The notes beneath the pieces are model-generated. The model was not told where the DNA came from, did not search any database, and saw only the letters and a list, made by a program, of their open reading frames with translations. Position numbers and translations under genes: made by a program. From an uncultured Acidobacteriota bacterium (lineage in GTDB: Bacteria > Acidobacteriota > UBA6911), in the NCBI GenBank assembly GCA_963827655.1, contig CAWHCF010000034.1, positions 79,225-143,224 of the forward strand: DNA of 64,000 bases. Reading direction: 5' to 3'. Numbering within the stretch: position 1 is the stretch's first letter; the number at the start of each line of letters is the position of its first letter. Below, piece by piece: positions 11,921-21,712 of the stretch.

Positions 11921-13015
11921 TTATTTTACGCCGAGCTCTTGGGCAGCCTTGGCGTATCTCCTTTCGACTCCTACCAGGGTATTGTTGTGCGCGGCCTTGT
12001 AAATTCTCTCGAGGCGTTCTTTGGCCTCGTCGGCCGCCTCGCCTTTGAGCACGACCGCCTTGGCAAAAGTGATGACCGCCTCTTCCATTAAGTCGTAATT
12101 ATTCTGCGAGAAGGCGATTTTCTCCTGGCTGAGCCCGATGTAGTAGTAAGGCCAATCGAACTTCTTATCAATAGCCAGCGCCTGCTCCATGGACTTGATG
12201 GCTTCGGTGTACTTATCCTGGTCGTAGTAGTTAACCCCGATGAAGTAATGGCACTCGCGCTTATATGCGGTAAGCTTCTTGCGCCAATCGGCTTCGGACA
12301 CACCGTCGGGTTTCTTCGTCGTTTCAAGAGATTTCAACACAAGCTGAGCGGACTCGGCGGCTTTAGCGAAGTTCTTCTCCTTTAGGAAGGCCTCCTCCAT
12401 TTTGTCTACGCGAAGATTGAATTCGCCCACCGCATACTTTGGATCCGCGAGGGTTTTCTCTGTCCACTCCTCGTACTTGGCCTGATCTCCAATCTTCTTG
12501 AAGGTCTGAGCGATTTCATAGGCCATGTCCGCGCTGGGTTTGGCCGCATAGATCTTCTGGCCATACTCTACGAATTTCTTGTCGTCGCCCAGCCCTTTGG
12601 CGGCGTCGGCGATATAAGCCATGCTTCCAAGATCATTGGGTTCGTACTTGAGCCATTGTTCGGCGGCAGGGAGCAGTTTGGCGTAGTTCTTGTTCTTGTG
12701 GTACTCGGCGAGAAGGCTCTTGTAAGAGTGAACGATGTATTGCTGGAGCTTCGACTTGGGATACTTCTCCATGAAGGCTATCAGAGCCGCCTGGCGCTTG
12801 TCCGGGTCGGGCTCCTTGGTCGCCTTCTCGTAGGCATCGTATTCTTCTTCCGTGTACTCTTCCTCTGGTTGTGCCGGCTGCTGTGCCGGGGCGGGCTTTG
12901 GCTTCGGCTGGGTTTGGGGCGGAGTCTGGCTGAAACCCGGCTCTACCGTGGCTGGCGCGATCAATAGACCGACCAGCAAACCTAAAAAGAAATTTTTATG
13001 ATGGCTAAGACTCAT
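11921..13015 (-). CDS. Exported tetratricopeptide-repeat protein
   Basis: Signal peptide, Pro/Gln linker and TPR-like helices (YFIGVNYY..YTEAIKSMEQALAID..YYYIG). Confidence 0.75.
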   Translation of the reverse strand: MSLSHHKNFFLGLLVGLLIAPATVEPGFSQTPPQTQPKPKPAPAQQPAQPEEEYTEEEYDAYEKATKEPDPDKRQAALIAFMEKYPKSKLQQYIVHSYKSLLAEYHKNKNYAKLLPAAEQWLKYEPNDLGSMAYIADAAKGLGDDKKFVEYGQKIYAAKPSADMAYEIAQTFKKIGDQAKYEEWTEKTLADPKYAVGEFNLRVDKMEEAFLKEKNFAKAAESAQLVLKSLETTKKPDGVSEADWRKKLTAYKRECHYFIGVNYYDQDKYTEAIKSMEQALAIDKKFDWPYYYIGLSQEKIAFSQNNYDLMEEAVITFAKAVVLKGEAADEAKERLERIYKAAHNNTLVGVERRYAKAAQELGVK

Positions 13016-13392
13016 TGGATTTGTGCCCCCCTCTGTGTAGCGACTGCGGGCATTCTAATGGAATGCCAAAATTCAAATCAACTATATTCATCCCAAAGTA
13101 TTCCCTGCGCGATATCCGAAGGCTTTTTGCCTGGTGAGGTTAGGAGCGAAAGCTCCACGCACCATACACGGACTCGGTTCACCTACGGTTCCTGGAAGAT
13201 GCCGGATATCGGGAGAAGTTGCACCTCTCCTACGCTTGTTTGAACCCGAGCGATGAAAAAAGGTTCCAACCTTCCCAGCGACCGAGAACTGGCACTCGGT
13301 TCCAGAGCCCTTTTTGACCAGACGAGATTCCAATCCGCCACGAGGCGCTCAGGTTTACGGGCACCGCGCCGCTGGACGGCCCCGGAAGGTCC

Positions 13393-13421
13393 TTGAAATC
13401 TCCGGATCGATTCTCTAACAT
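13393..13421 (+). promoter_or_regulatory. Sigma70-type promoter of tRNA-Gln
   Basis: TTGAAA-17 bp-TAACAT, 15 bp upstream of the tRNA. Confidence 0.65.
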
Positions 13422-13436
13422 GAAGCACTTTCGGGT

Positions 13437-13510
13437 TGGGAGATCGTCTAACGGTAGGACGGGTGGCTCTGGACCACTTAATCGGGGTTCGAATCCCTGT
13501 CTCCCAGCCA
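13437..13510 (+). tRNA. tRNA-Gln (anticodon CTG)
   Basis: Acceptor stem TGGGAGA/TCTCCCA, anticodon arm GGTGG-CTCTGGA-CCACT, T-loop TTCGAAT, encoded CCA. Confidence 0.96.
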
Positions 13511-13527
13511 CAACCTCTGCATTCTCA

Positions 13528-13604
13528 TAACCCACTGATTAAAGAAAAGTTAGTTTTTCGTACCTTCCTCAAAAATCTCCCTCGGGTGCCACTTTGGGTG
13601 CCAC
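13528..13604. other. attL-like arm region of an island integrated at tRNA-Gln
   Basis: AT-rich TAAC..GTTA dyad and a direct repeat GGGTGCCAC x2 (13584, 13596) just after the tRNA 3' end. Confidence 0.5.
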
Positions 13605-13677
13605 CTCGCCCTGAGACCAGAGACGTTAGCTTGCTCACAATTTCCCGAAGATGCTGCTGTTCGACCTTTGCATAAGT
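13605..13677 (-). pseudogene. C-terminal remnant of a tyrosine recombinase/integrase
   Basis: Reads TYAKVEQQHLREIVSKL, like the catalytic-Tyr helix and tail of integrases; upstream motifs are missing. Confidence 0.45.
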
Positions 13678-13899
13678 GTCGTGAGTCGCCTGCCTGATGC
13701 CTGCCGGGGGCAGATCATTTTCAGCGCTCGACCTTGATGATGCGATCGTTTCTACGGGTCTTCGTTACCTGGCCGTACAGACACACTGGCCCCAAAATGC
13801 AACGGTCTCTTGTAAAACTGGAAGCCGTCTGTGGCGATCAGGGGGACACGTCCAAGATTCATTCGGCTGGTTAGGTCTTGAAAGAGGGCGAGCGTGTTT

Positions 13900-14440
13900 C
13901 GATAGCTTCGTCTCCCTACGACCGTCGCTGGTCAAAGCCGGGACCAGACCTCAATCGTGGTGAAGTTCCAGATCGGGTGTTTCTTGCTGCGGACGACCCG
14001 CCGAATCTCATCAGCCTGGAAGTTCCGCGATGCCGAGAGTTGCAATTCTTCGATCGTTGAACCGACGACACGAATGGGCTGCCTTTTCGAGCCATCGAGC
14101 GACGGTATTCCAGCAATCTGCTTACCCGTGCGATTGCAGACTTGTCCAGACCCTCTACGCTGAGGATTGCGACTTCGTCGAAAGTCGAGCGACGGTGTTG
14201 GAGTCGATAGTATGGCGTACCGGTGTTCGAGCAGAATGTCTTCGCACAAATCCGGCACACAGATATCGCCGACACTTCTCGGAGTTGGTCTGGTAGAACC
14301 CATGGAGGATGATGCTTCCGGCACCGCCATCTCTCGACAAACGGAAGTTGCGATCGAGCTGCCAACAGTCAACGGCGGAAGCACCGGGAGTTGAGAGACT
14401 GCGACCCTTCTACGAGTAGCCGACAATTCGTCCAAGTGAA
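13900..14440 (-). pseudogene. IS1-like transposase remnant (frameshifted)
   Basis: CRICAKTF..GTPYYRL..SVEGLDKSAIARV in one frame; QADEI..SKKHPIW..IEVWSRL in another. Confidence 0.65.
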
Positions 14441-14581
14441 CCGAGCCTTTGTAGGAGCCATGGTCCTTTTGGGTGTAGGATTGGCACTATAGAGACTACG
14501 GAGCAGTCCGCGGTACTGCCCCCATTTTTTTCGCAGCTTCAAAGACGCTAAGAATCACCAGGAGGGGTGCGCTTCGAGGTT

Positions 14582-14590
14582 TGCTATAAT
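14582..14590 (+). promoter_or_regulatory. Extended -10 element upstream of the kinase gene
   Basis: TGCTATAAT about 70 bp before the ATG. Confidence 0.45.
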
Positions 14591-14657
14591 GGCCCGCTAT
14601 TGGTCGCCGTTTTGAGGCACTGATTTCACCGCGTCTCCGCGTCAGCCGAAACCTCAC

Positions 14658-17390
14658 ATGACGTTGTCCTCTGGAACTCGTTTGGGGCCGTACGAAATCT
14701 TCTCCGCCATCGCTGCCGGCGGCATGGGCGAAGTGTATCGAGCGCGTGATCTGCGGCTCGGGCGCGACGTGGCGATCAAGGCGCTGCCCGCTCTCTCTGT
14801 TGCTGATTCGGAGCATGTTGCCCGTTTTCGGCGCGAGGCGCAGATCCTCGCCGCCCTAAACCATCCCCACATCGCCGCCATCTACGGGCTCGAAGAGGTG
14901 AACGGCTCTCAGTTCCTCGTCCTCGAGCTGGTCGAAGGGGACACTCTCGCCCAGCGGCTGAAGGAGGGACCGCTTCCGCTGTCCGAGGCCTTGACGATCG
15001 CGCGCCAGGTGGCCGACGCGCTGGAAGCCGCGCACGAGAAAGGGATCATCCACCGCGATCTGAAGCCGGCCAACATCGCTCTGACGACCGACGGCCGCGT
15101 GAAGGTCCTCGATTTCGGCCTCGCCAAGGCGCTCGACTCCGATCCGTCGAAAGACCTCTCCAATTCACCCACGGTGACCTGGGCCGCGACTCGGGCCGGG
15201 GTCATTCTTGGCACGGCTGCCTACATGAGTCCGGAGCAGGCACGAGGGAAGCCCGTCGATAAGCGTACTGACATCTGGGCCTTCGGCTGTGTCCAGTATG
15301 AGATGCTGACGGGCCGGCGCCCGTTCGTTGGACAGACGATCTCCGACACAATCGCCGCGATCCTGGGACAGGAGCCTGACTGGCCCGCGCTGCCCACGGC
15401 GACTCCCGCGCGCGTGCAGTGGCTGATACGCCGATGTCTTGAGAAAGATCCGAAGCGCCGGCTCCACGACATCGCCGACGCACGGATCGAGCTCGACGAA
15501 ACGCTGAATCACCCCCCCGAATCCGATCAGGTGGTACTAGCGGGTCTGTCCGCCCCCGTCTCGCGTGGCAGGATGCGGGAGCGGATCGCCTGGACCATTG
15601 CAGGCGTGTGCCTGACCGCGTTGATCGTCGCCTTGGCTTTCGACTGGGCCGGCATTCTCGGTCGGAACGCGGTGGACACCCGCCTTTATCAGTCGTCGAT
15701 TGTTCTTCCCGAGGGTCTACGCCTGGCACGCCATCCGGCGGGACGCTTTGCGCTGTCGCCCGACGGCCGTCGCCTCGCATTCGTGGCGTCGGATGGCACC
15801 GGACAACCGAGGCTGTGGCTGCGTCCGCTGACCATGCTCTACGCCCAGCCGCTCTTGGGAACCGAAGGCGCGGAGTTCCCATTCTGGTCGCCCGACTCCC
15901 GCTTCATCGCGTTCCGGGCGCAAGGGAAGCTGAAGAGGGTCGAGGTCGCCGGCGGCTCGCCCGTCACGTTGTGCAACGCGGCCTTTGGCGCCACCGGCGC
16001 CTGGAGCCCGGACGACGTTATTCTCTTCACCCCCAAGGGGGAGTCTCCTCTCTATCGTGTGTCGGCGTCAGGCGGCACGCCATCCCCCGTCACCACGCTC
16101 GACGCGTCGAGCGGGGATTCCCAGCACTCGTACCCCGTCTTCCTCCCCGACGGCAGGCACTTTCTCTATCTCGCGCTGGGGAGCAAGACAGAGGGTGCTC
16201 TCGCCCCGCACGCCGTGTATGTAGGCTCACTAGATCCACAGGAGCCGCGCAAGCTCCTGTTGAGGGGTGGCTCCAACGCGAAGTACGCGCAGGGCTATTT
16301 GATTTTTCTGCGCGAGAGCACGCTCATGGCGCAGGCGCTTGACCTGAGCCGCCTGGAGCTACGCGGCGAGGCGGTGCCAGTTGCTGAAAAGACGCAGATT
16401 TTCAAAGAAAGTGTGAGCGACGTGACCGGCGCCTTCACCGTATCGGAGACCGGAGTGCTCGCATATCAGGCAGGTCTGGGTATGGTCTCGGCCGAGCTCG
16501 TCTGGTTCGACCGCGCAGGAAAGCAAATCGCCGTGCTTGGAGACCGGGCTGACTACGGAGACGTCTCGCTGTCGCCCGATAATGCTCGGGCGGCGGTCAG
16601 TCTCCTTGATCCGGAGCGGGGGACTCGCGACGTGTGGCTCTACGATGTGGCGCGCGGCCTCCGCCAGCGCTTCACGTTCGATCCCGGGGACGAGTTCGGG
16701 CCGAGTTGGTCGCCTGACGGCGACCTCCTCGTCTTCAGTGCGCGGCGAAAGGCGAGCATCGATCTGTATCAGAAAGCGTCGAGCGGCGCGGGCAGCGAGA
16801 ATGTGCTCCTGGAAGCTGGTCTCGGTAAATTTCAGGCCAGCTGGTCTCCGGACGGCCGCTACCTCCTTTACGTGGCCGGCGGTGCCGCGATACAGAGAAG
16901 CGACCTTTGGGTTCTGCCGCTCTTCGGGGAGCGGAAGCCGTTTCCGTTCCTGGAAACGGCGTATGTCGAAACCCAGGGTCAGTTTTCTCCCGATGGGAGG
17001 TGGATCGCATACGCGGCAGGCGAGTTTGGACGATTGGAAGTCTATGTTCTTCCGTTCCGGGGACCGGACGGGGCCCGCCCGAACGGCAAGCGAGTGTCCA
17101 CCGCCGGAGGCGGTTGGCCGCGATGGCGGCGCGACGGAAGAGAGATTGTCTACCTGGCGCCCGATAACACACTGGTTTCCGCAACGGTCAACGGCCAGGC
17201 TGCGGAGTTCGAGGTAGTCACTGTGCGACCGCTGTTCAGGGTTCGTCCACGCCCGTTTGTACGACAGGATGCCTATGCCTATGACGTCTCGTCCGACGGT
17301 AAGCGCTTTCTCGTCAACACGCTCGTCGAAGACGCGCCGTCGACGCCCATCACGCTCGTCGTGAACTGGACGACTGGACTCAAGAAATGA
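14658..17390 (+). CDS. Ser/Thr protein kinase with TM helix and C-terminal PD40/TolB-like beta-propeller
   Basis: GGMGEVY, VAIK, HRDLKPAN, DFG and YMSPEQ motifs; repeated SPDG motifs. Confidence 0.93.
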   Translation: MTLSSGTRLGPYEIFSAIAAGGMGEVYRARDLRLGRDVAIKALPALSVADSEHVARFRREAQILAALNHPHIAAIYGLEEVNGSQFLVLELVEGDTLAQRLKEGPLPLSEALTIARQVADALEAAHEKGIIHRDLKPANIALTTDGRVKVLDFGLAKALDSDPSKDLSNSPTVTWAATRAGVILGTAAYMSPEQARGKPVDKRTDIWAFGCVQYEMLTGRRPFVGQTISDTIAAILGQEPDWPALPTATPARVQWLIRRCLEKDPKRRLHDIADARIELDETLNHPPESDQVVLAGLSAPVSRGRMRERIAWTIAGVCLTALIVALAFDWAGILGRNAVDTRLYQSSIVLPEGLRLARHPAGRFALSPDGRRLAFVASDGTGQPRLWLRPLTMLYAQPLLGTEGAEFPFWSPDSRFIAFRAQGKLKRVEVAGGSPVTLCNAAFGATGAWSPDDVILFTPKGESPLYRVSASGGTPSPVTTLDASSGDSQHSYPVFLPDGRHFLYLALGSKTEGALAPHAVYVGSLDPQEPRKLLLRGGSNAKYAQGYLIFLRESTLMAQALDLSRLELRGEAVPVAEKTQIFKESVSDVTGAFTVSETGVLAYQAGLGMVSAELVWFDRAGKQIAVLGDRADYGDVSLSPDNARAAVSLLDPERGTRDVWLYDVARGLRQRFTFDPGDEFGPSWSPDGDLLVFSARRKASIDLYQKASSGAGSENVLLEAGLGKFQASWSPDGRYLLYVAGGAAIQRSDLWVLPLFGERKPFPFLETAYVETQGQFSPDGRWIAYAAGEFGRLEVYVLPFRGPDGARPNGKRVSTAGGGWPRWRRDGREIVYLAPDNTLVSATVNGQAAEFEVVTVRPLFRVRPRPFVRQDAYAYDVSSDGKRFLVNTLVEDAPSTPITLVVNWTTGLKK

Positions 17391-17664
17391 ATCGGCCTGT
17401 GCCGGCATCGAAGCCTCGATGAAAATCTGGCAAAAGCGCTCCATCGCGGTTCGCGGCTCTGATGAATACTGGGCTCGCCGCATTCCATACCAAGTGAGAC
17501 CTAAAGAGGCGAAGAATCACGAAGAGCGGGCCCTTCAAGGTGGGATTCAAGCAGTGACGGAGAAGAAGTTGCTGTAAATCACGAGCGCATATAGAACGTG
17601 CGCGGCTCTGGATTGCCCACCTGTAGCCACATAGCGTTTCAGAAACCGCTCTCCGACGCTGATT

Positions 17665-18043
17665 CTCAGCCCGACAAACCAGCGGAACAGGAGGTTGTAC
17701 TCCAATTGCTCAATCAGCAGGCGCTCACTGCGAATCGAGTACAGTGCCTGCAGCAGCAGTGCACGAATCAGTTTCTCTGGAGCTACCGACGGCCTTCCAG
17801 TACGCGAATAGAGTTTCGCGAACTGCAGCGACATGCCTCGCAATGCTTCGTCGACCATCGTGCGAACCGATCGCAACGGGTGATCCTGCGGCACGCGCTT
17901 CTCCGGAGAGATGTAACTGAACATCCAGCCCTGCTGTTCGTCGCTTCCTCGCATGACATCGGCCTCCTGCAAAGAAATACGATGTTCAGGTTTTTCCGGT
18001 TTCATATTCATGCATTCGAACCGAGTTTTTCAGCATCCTGTTA
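17665..18043 (-). mobile_element. IS5/IS1182-type element remnant (left end plus 5' part of the transposase)
   Basis: MRGSDEQQGWMFSY..RVPQDHPLR..GRPSVAPEKL..RSER..LFRWFVGL, then truncated. Confidence 0.8.
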
Positions 18044-18061
18044 GAGCTATGGGAGGCAAAG

Positions 18062-19015
18062 ATGACAAAATGGAGAGTCCTTTTCTTTCTTGTGAGTCTA
18101 GTGGCATGGACCACTAGAGTTGACACACCGGTTTTTGCTCAGACACAGACAACCGATAAAAAGGCGCAAGATATGGCCGGCATCGAGAAGTTCCACCAGC
18201 AGGACATCGCCGCTACTCTGTCGCGAGATCCTATTGCCCTGACGGATTTGTGGACCGATGACGCGGTGCGCCTCAGATTGGGCCAGTCGCCTGAGCTTGG
18301 CAAGAAAGCGATTCAAGAGAGCTACCAAAGCTGGGCCGCTGTGCCAGGCATCAAGGTGGTGAGCTACGTTCCAGAAACCAAGGACATCACGATACTCGAC
18401 GGCTGGGCGGTCGAGTGGGGCTACATCACTGGTTCGTATGTTGAGACGCCGGGTGGTGAGGTCAAGCAGATTCTTGGAACGCGGCTGATGGTCCTGAAGA
18501 AGATGCCGGACGGGAGCTGGAAATGCTTCCGGGGAATGGGGGGTCCGACGTTCACAGCGCCGTTGGCAGGGCAAGTGGTTCAGGTGCCGGCCGCGTCGGC
18601 TGCAAAAAACAGAGCGGACCGCGCTGCAGACGTCGCCGGCATCGAGAAGCTCCGCCAGCAGGACATCGCCGCTAGTTTGTCGCTAGATCATGTTGCCCTG
18701 ACGGAATTGTGGACCGATGACGCGGTGCGCCTCGGCCCAGTCCCGCCCGCGGACGTCGGCAGGCAAGCTATCCGAGAGAGCAACGAACGCCTGACGGCTA
18801 ACAAAGAGTTAAAGGTGTTGAGCTACGTCCCGGAAAACAAGGAAATGATTTTTCTGGATGGTGGCTGGGAAGTCGAGTGGCGTCCGTACACCTTGTCGTT
18901 TATCCCATCGCCGGGCGGTGCGCCGGTGCACCTTCGTGGCATGGTGCTCGGGGTGCAAAAGAAGCTGCCGGACGGCACTTGGAAAGGCTACCGCGGGGCG
19001 GGGATCTTCTACTGA
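18062..19015 (+). CDS. Exported protein with two tandem SnoaL/DUF4440-like (NTF2-fold) domains; probable cassette
   Basis: Internal duplication [26 protein letters not shown] ... KK.PDG.WK; signal peptide; followed by attC. Confidence 0.8.
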   Translation: MTKWRVLFFLVSLVAWTTRVDTPVFAQTQTTDKKAQDMAGIEKFHQQDIAATLSRDPIALTDLWTDDAVRLRLGQSPELGKKAIQESYQSWAAVPGIKVVSYVPETKDITILDGWAVEWGYITGSYVETPGGEVKQILGTRLMVLKKMPDGSWKCFRGMGGPTFTAPLAGQVVQVPAASAAKNRADRAADVAGIEKLRQQDIAASLSLDHVALTELWTDDAVRLGPVPPADVGRQAIRESNERLTANKELKVLSYVPENKEMIFLDGGWEVEWRPYTLSFIPSPGGAPVHLRGMVLGVQKKLPDGTWKGYRGAGIFY

Positions 19016-19050
19016 GTGAGTTGCACGACAGTGGAGTTGACTGACACGCC

Positions 19051-19108
19051 GCCGAACAAGGAGTTGCAGCGGACACGCTTCGCGCGCCGCTGAACTCCAG
19101 CGTTCGGC
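19051..19108 (+). other. Integron attC site
   Basis: GCCGAAC-AAGGAGTTGCAGCGG...CCGCTGAACTCC-AGC-GTTCGGC imperfect palindrome with an extrahelical base. Confidence 0.8.
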
Positions 19109-19123
19109 TGCTTACAAGCTGAG

Positions 19124-19615
19124 ATGAACGTAGGAGATGTGATGAGCGATACAACCACCTTAATAGCCGCCTTAGAAAATGCCCCTGGTGTTATCATTCC
19201 CCTTATTCGTGAGGTGCCGCCCCAGTTCCTGAAGCGTCGGCCCAGTCCGACGAAATGGTCCGCTCATGAACACGCTTGTCATCTCTCCGCCAGTGATGGG
19301 CCATTCCTCGCGCGCCTCGACTTGATGTTATCTGCTCCAGCGCCTTTTATAAGGTCCATCCTTAATTCTCCAGAGGTGGAATCGGGAGCGCTACTTAGCG
19401 TTGATTTAGACGAAGCACTCGACCGGTATGTGAGAGAGCGAGCCAGTCTGGTTAAGAGGCTGAAGGAACTATCGGTGGAGGACTGGCAGCGAACGGCAGA
19501 GCATGAGGCATTCAGTCATTATTCGGTATGGATCATGTTCCGGCATGTGCTGAACCACGAGATGTTTCATGCCTACAGGATTGAAGAATTGCTGCTAAAG
19601 AAGGACTGGGAATAG
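19124..19615 (+). CDS. DinB-family protein (probable cassette whose attC is lost)
   Basis: KWSAHEHACHL and HEMFH His motifs; begins right after the attC core. Confidence 0.8.
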   Translation: MNVGDVMSDTTTLIAALENAPGVIIPLIREVPPQFLKRRPSPTKWSAHEHACHLSASDGPFLARLDLMLSAPAPFIRSILNSPEVESGALLSVDLDEALDRYVRERASLVKRLKELSVEDWQRTAEHEAFSHYSVWIMFRHVLNHEMFHAYRIEELLLKKDWE

Positions 19616-19635
19616 GTAGAAACTACAGCAGGTCG

Positions 19636-19910
19636 GTGGATAAGAGAAACAAGCGTCATTTTCAGCTCGAGTCGGGGCAACTCAGGTTCTGAGAACGGGC
19701 TTTATGTTAACTTTGCGCGATGTTCCTCGGTCCTGGATGAGTCCGACTCTGCGGATTATACGCCAGGTGCATTGGAAGCGCGAAGAACCTAGCCGTGAAA
19801 TCGTGAGATTTTGCGGAAGAATCCTACCGCGAGGGAGTGCCCTAATGCCCCATTAATACCTCCAGTCGGCTTCCTCTACCGCAGGAGAGATTGGCGGAGC
19901 GCGGGAAGGC
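19636..19910 (-). mobile_element. IS91-family 3' end / oriIS module, copy 1
   Basis: Identical to 32446-32720; minus strand encodes (GL)PSRAPPISPAVEEADWRY* and ends GCTTGTTTCTCTTATCCAC. Confidence 0.78.
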
Positions 19911-19952
19911 AGGCCAGCACATGGCTGCGCTTGCGGATTCAGCGCCGACTAT

Positions 19953-20520
19953 GTATAAGCATTTCTATGTCGAGAGGGCTGGAGAAGCAAGAGAAATTCC
20001 GGCGCGGGCGAGGGCTGGTAGGTCTGTTCGGAGCAAGTTGACGGCTCCAGGTCAAGGGGAAAGGGGTTGGTTGTCATTCACGGACACTGGGAAGGCTACG
20101 GCCGTCTGGTGGTGACCGGATTCAGGAGAGACGGGTATCCACAAGGTGTGCCGTGGTCCGGTTAGGTGGGCGAAGGGCTTGCCGCCGCGGGCGGAGCCCG
20201 GGGCTCAAACGGATCGCGCGCCTTGCAGGCTTCGCTCGCTAGGTGCCTCAGGATCCGGTCGACGACACGGGGTTCCGTGATGAAGGAGACGATTTTCATC
20301 TGCGCTCCGCAGGCACACAGAAGAGGGTCCACCTCGAAGATCTTACGGAGCAAGCGCGCCGAGGAAGCCCTCCGCGCGCGGTTGGAGTCGATTTCCCCCT
20401 CATCTTCCTGCTGCTGCACCCCGGACGGGCGGCAGCTCTGGTCGTTGAGCCCCGCTATCGTGACGCGCGACCGGTTTCCGAAAGCGAAGTCCGCGCACGT
20501 ATCGGATCTTGAGATCCCGA
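19953..20520 (-). mobile_element. Second, different IS91-family remnant (transposase C-terminus plus oriIS-like end)
   Basis: ARLLRKIFEVDPLLCACGAQMKIVSFITEPRVVDRILRHL..RAPP (20162-20419); end motif ATAGAAATGCTTATAC at ~19953. Confidence 0.8.
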
Positions 20521-20681
20521 GGCATTCGTCTCCCCTTGTTCAGCGGAATCCCGGCTTGGAGTGAGGGGGGCACGCCATTCCTTGAGGGAACTGCGAAGAT
20601 GGATGGCAGGCGGATCGTGAACATGTCCCCCCGAACAGTTGTTCGGACCCGAAACGCGCTCCAGCGGGAGGGCGGCGTCGT

Positions 20682-21650
20682 ATGAACTCCGTCGGAATCG
20701 CCGGCCGGCTTATCAGCGTGGTTATTCCAGTCCACAACGAAAACGATTCGTTGCAGGAATTGGCCGGGGAGCTGCTTGCCGTTGCAGCCTCGCACTCTCT
20801 TCCCCTGGAGATCGTTTTCGTCGATGACGGCAGCACGGATGGCTCCTGGAAAACGATCTGCGCGCTTGCCGCTAAGGATTCCCGTATGCGGGGGATCCGC
20901 TTCCGACGCAACTTCGGCAAAGCGGCGGCGCTGGCGGCGGGATTCCAGGACGCGCGCGGACAGGTTGTGTTCCAGATGGATGCGGACTTGCAGGACGATC
21001 CCGCGGAACTGCCCCGCTTTCTCTCCCGCCTGCAATCGGGCGTCGACGTCGTCAACGGCTGGAAGCGAACCCGTCACGATCCCTGGCATAGGGTCTGGTC
21101 GAGCCGGGCGTTTAACTGGATGGTCAGCCGTTTGACCGGCCTCCGGTTGCACGATCACAACTGCGGATTCAAGTGTTTCCGGGCGGACGTGGTGAAGGAA
21201 CTGAAGCTTTACGGCGAGATGCATCGGTTCATTCCCGTGATCGGATTCGCGCGCGGCTACTGCGTGGAAGAGATGGAAGTGCGGCACCGGCCGCGGCGCC
21301 ACGGGCGCTCCAACTACGATTTCCGCAGGATTCCCAAGGGTTTTCTTGACTTGATGACCGTGGCGTTCCTAACGGTCTTCGGACGGCGCCCCCTTCACCT
21401 CCTGGGAGGTGTCGGGTTGGTTCCCTTCTGCCTGGGAGGTCTCGGATTGACCTACCTGGCCGTACAATGGCTTCTGGCGCGGCTTGGGCTGGAAGGGTAC
21501 GGTCCCATCGGCCAGCGGCCGCTGCTGCTGTATTCGGTTGCGGGGGTCCTGTCTGGCCTGCATCTCCTTTCGATCGGCTTTCTCGCCGAGTTGCTTCTCG
21601 CTCTCAACATCCGCCACGTGGACAGCTTCAGCGTTCTCGATCGGACGTAG
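20682..21650 (+). CDS. GT2 polyprenyl-phosphate glycosyltransferase (ArnC/DPM1-like)
   Basis: VIPVHNE, VDDGSTD, RNFGK, MDADLQDDP, HDHNCGFK; two C-terminal TM helices. Confidence 0.9.
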   Translation: MNSVGIAGRLISVVIPVHNENDSLQELAGELLAVAASHSLPLEIVFVDDGSTDGSWKTICALAAKDSRMRGIRFRRNFGKAAALAAGFQDARGQVVFQMDADLQDDPAELPRFLSRLQSGVDVVNGWKRTRHDPWHRVWSSRAFNWMVSRLTGLRLHDHNCGFKCFRADVVKELKLYGEMHRFIPVIGFARGYCVEEMEVRHRPRRHGRSNYDFRRIPKGFLDLMTVAFLTVFGRRPLHLLGGVGLVPFCLGGLGLTYLAVQWLLARLGLEGYGPIGQRPLLLYSVAGVLSGLHLLSIGFLAELLLALNIRHVDSFSVLDRT

Positions 21651-21712
21651 GCTCAGGCTGCAGATTCCGGACATCCCTGCGCTAGCCGTTGGCGGTGCCT
21701 GGTGGACGGGCT

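Noticed and set aside
14658-17390. Kinase-propeller protein as a defence system
   Set aside because: It belongs to a family commonly expanded in Acidobacteriota-like genomes, and no partner genes are seen.
18040-18046. GTTAGAG as a certain cassette core site
   Set aside because: It coincides with the IS5-type terminus and does not match the downstream inverse core, so it is ambiguous.
19891-19910. TGGCGGAGCG.. as a tRNA att site
   Set aside because: It lacks the T-loop complement and is better explained as the RAPP codons of an IS91 transposase tail.
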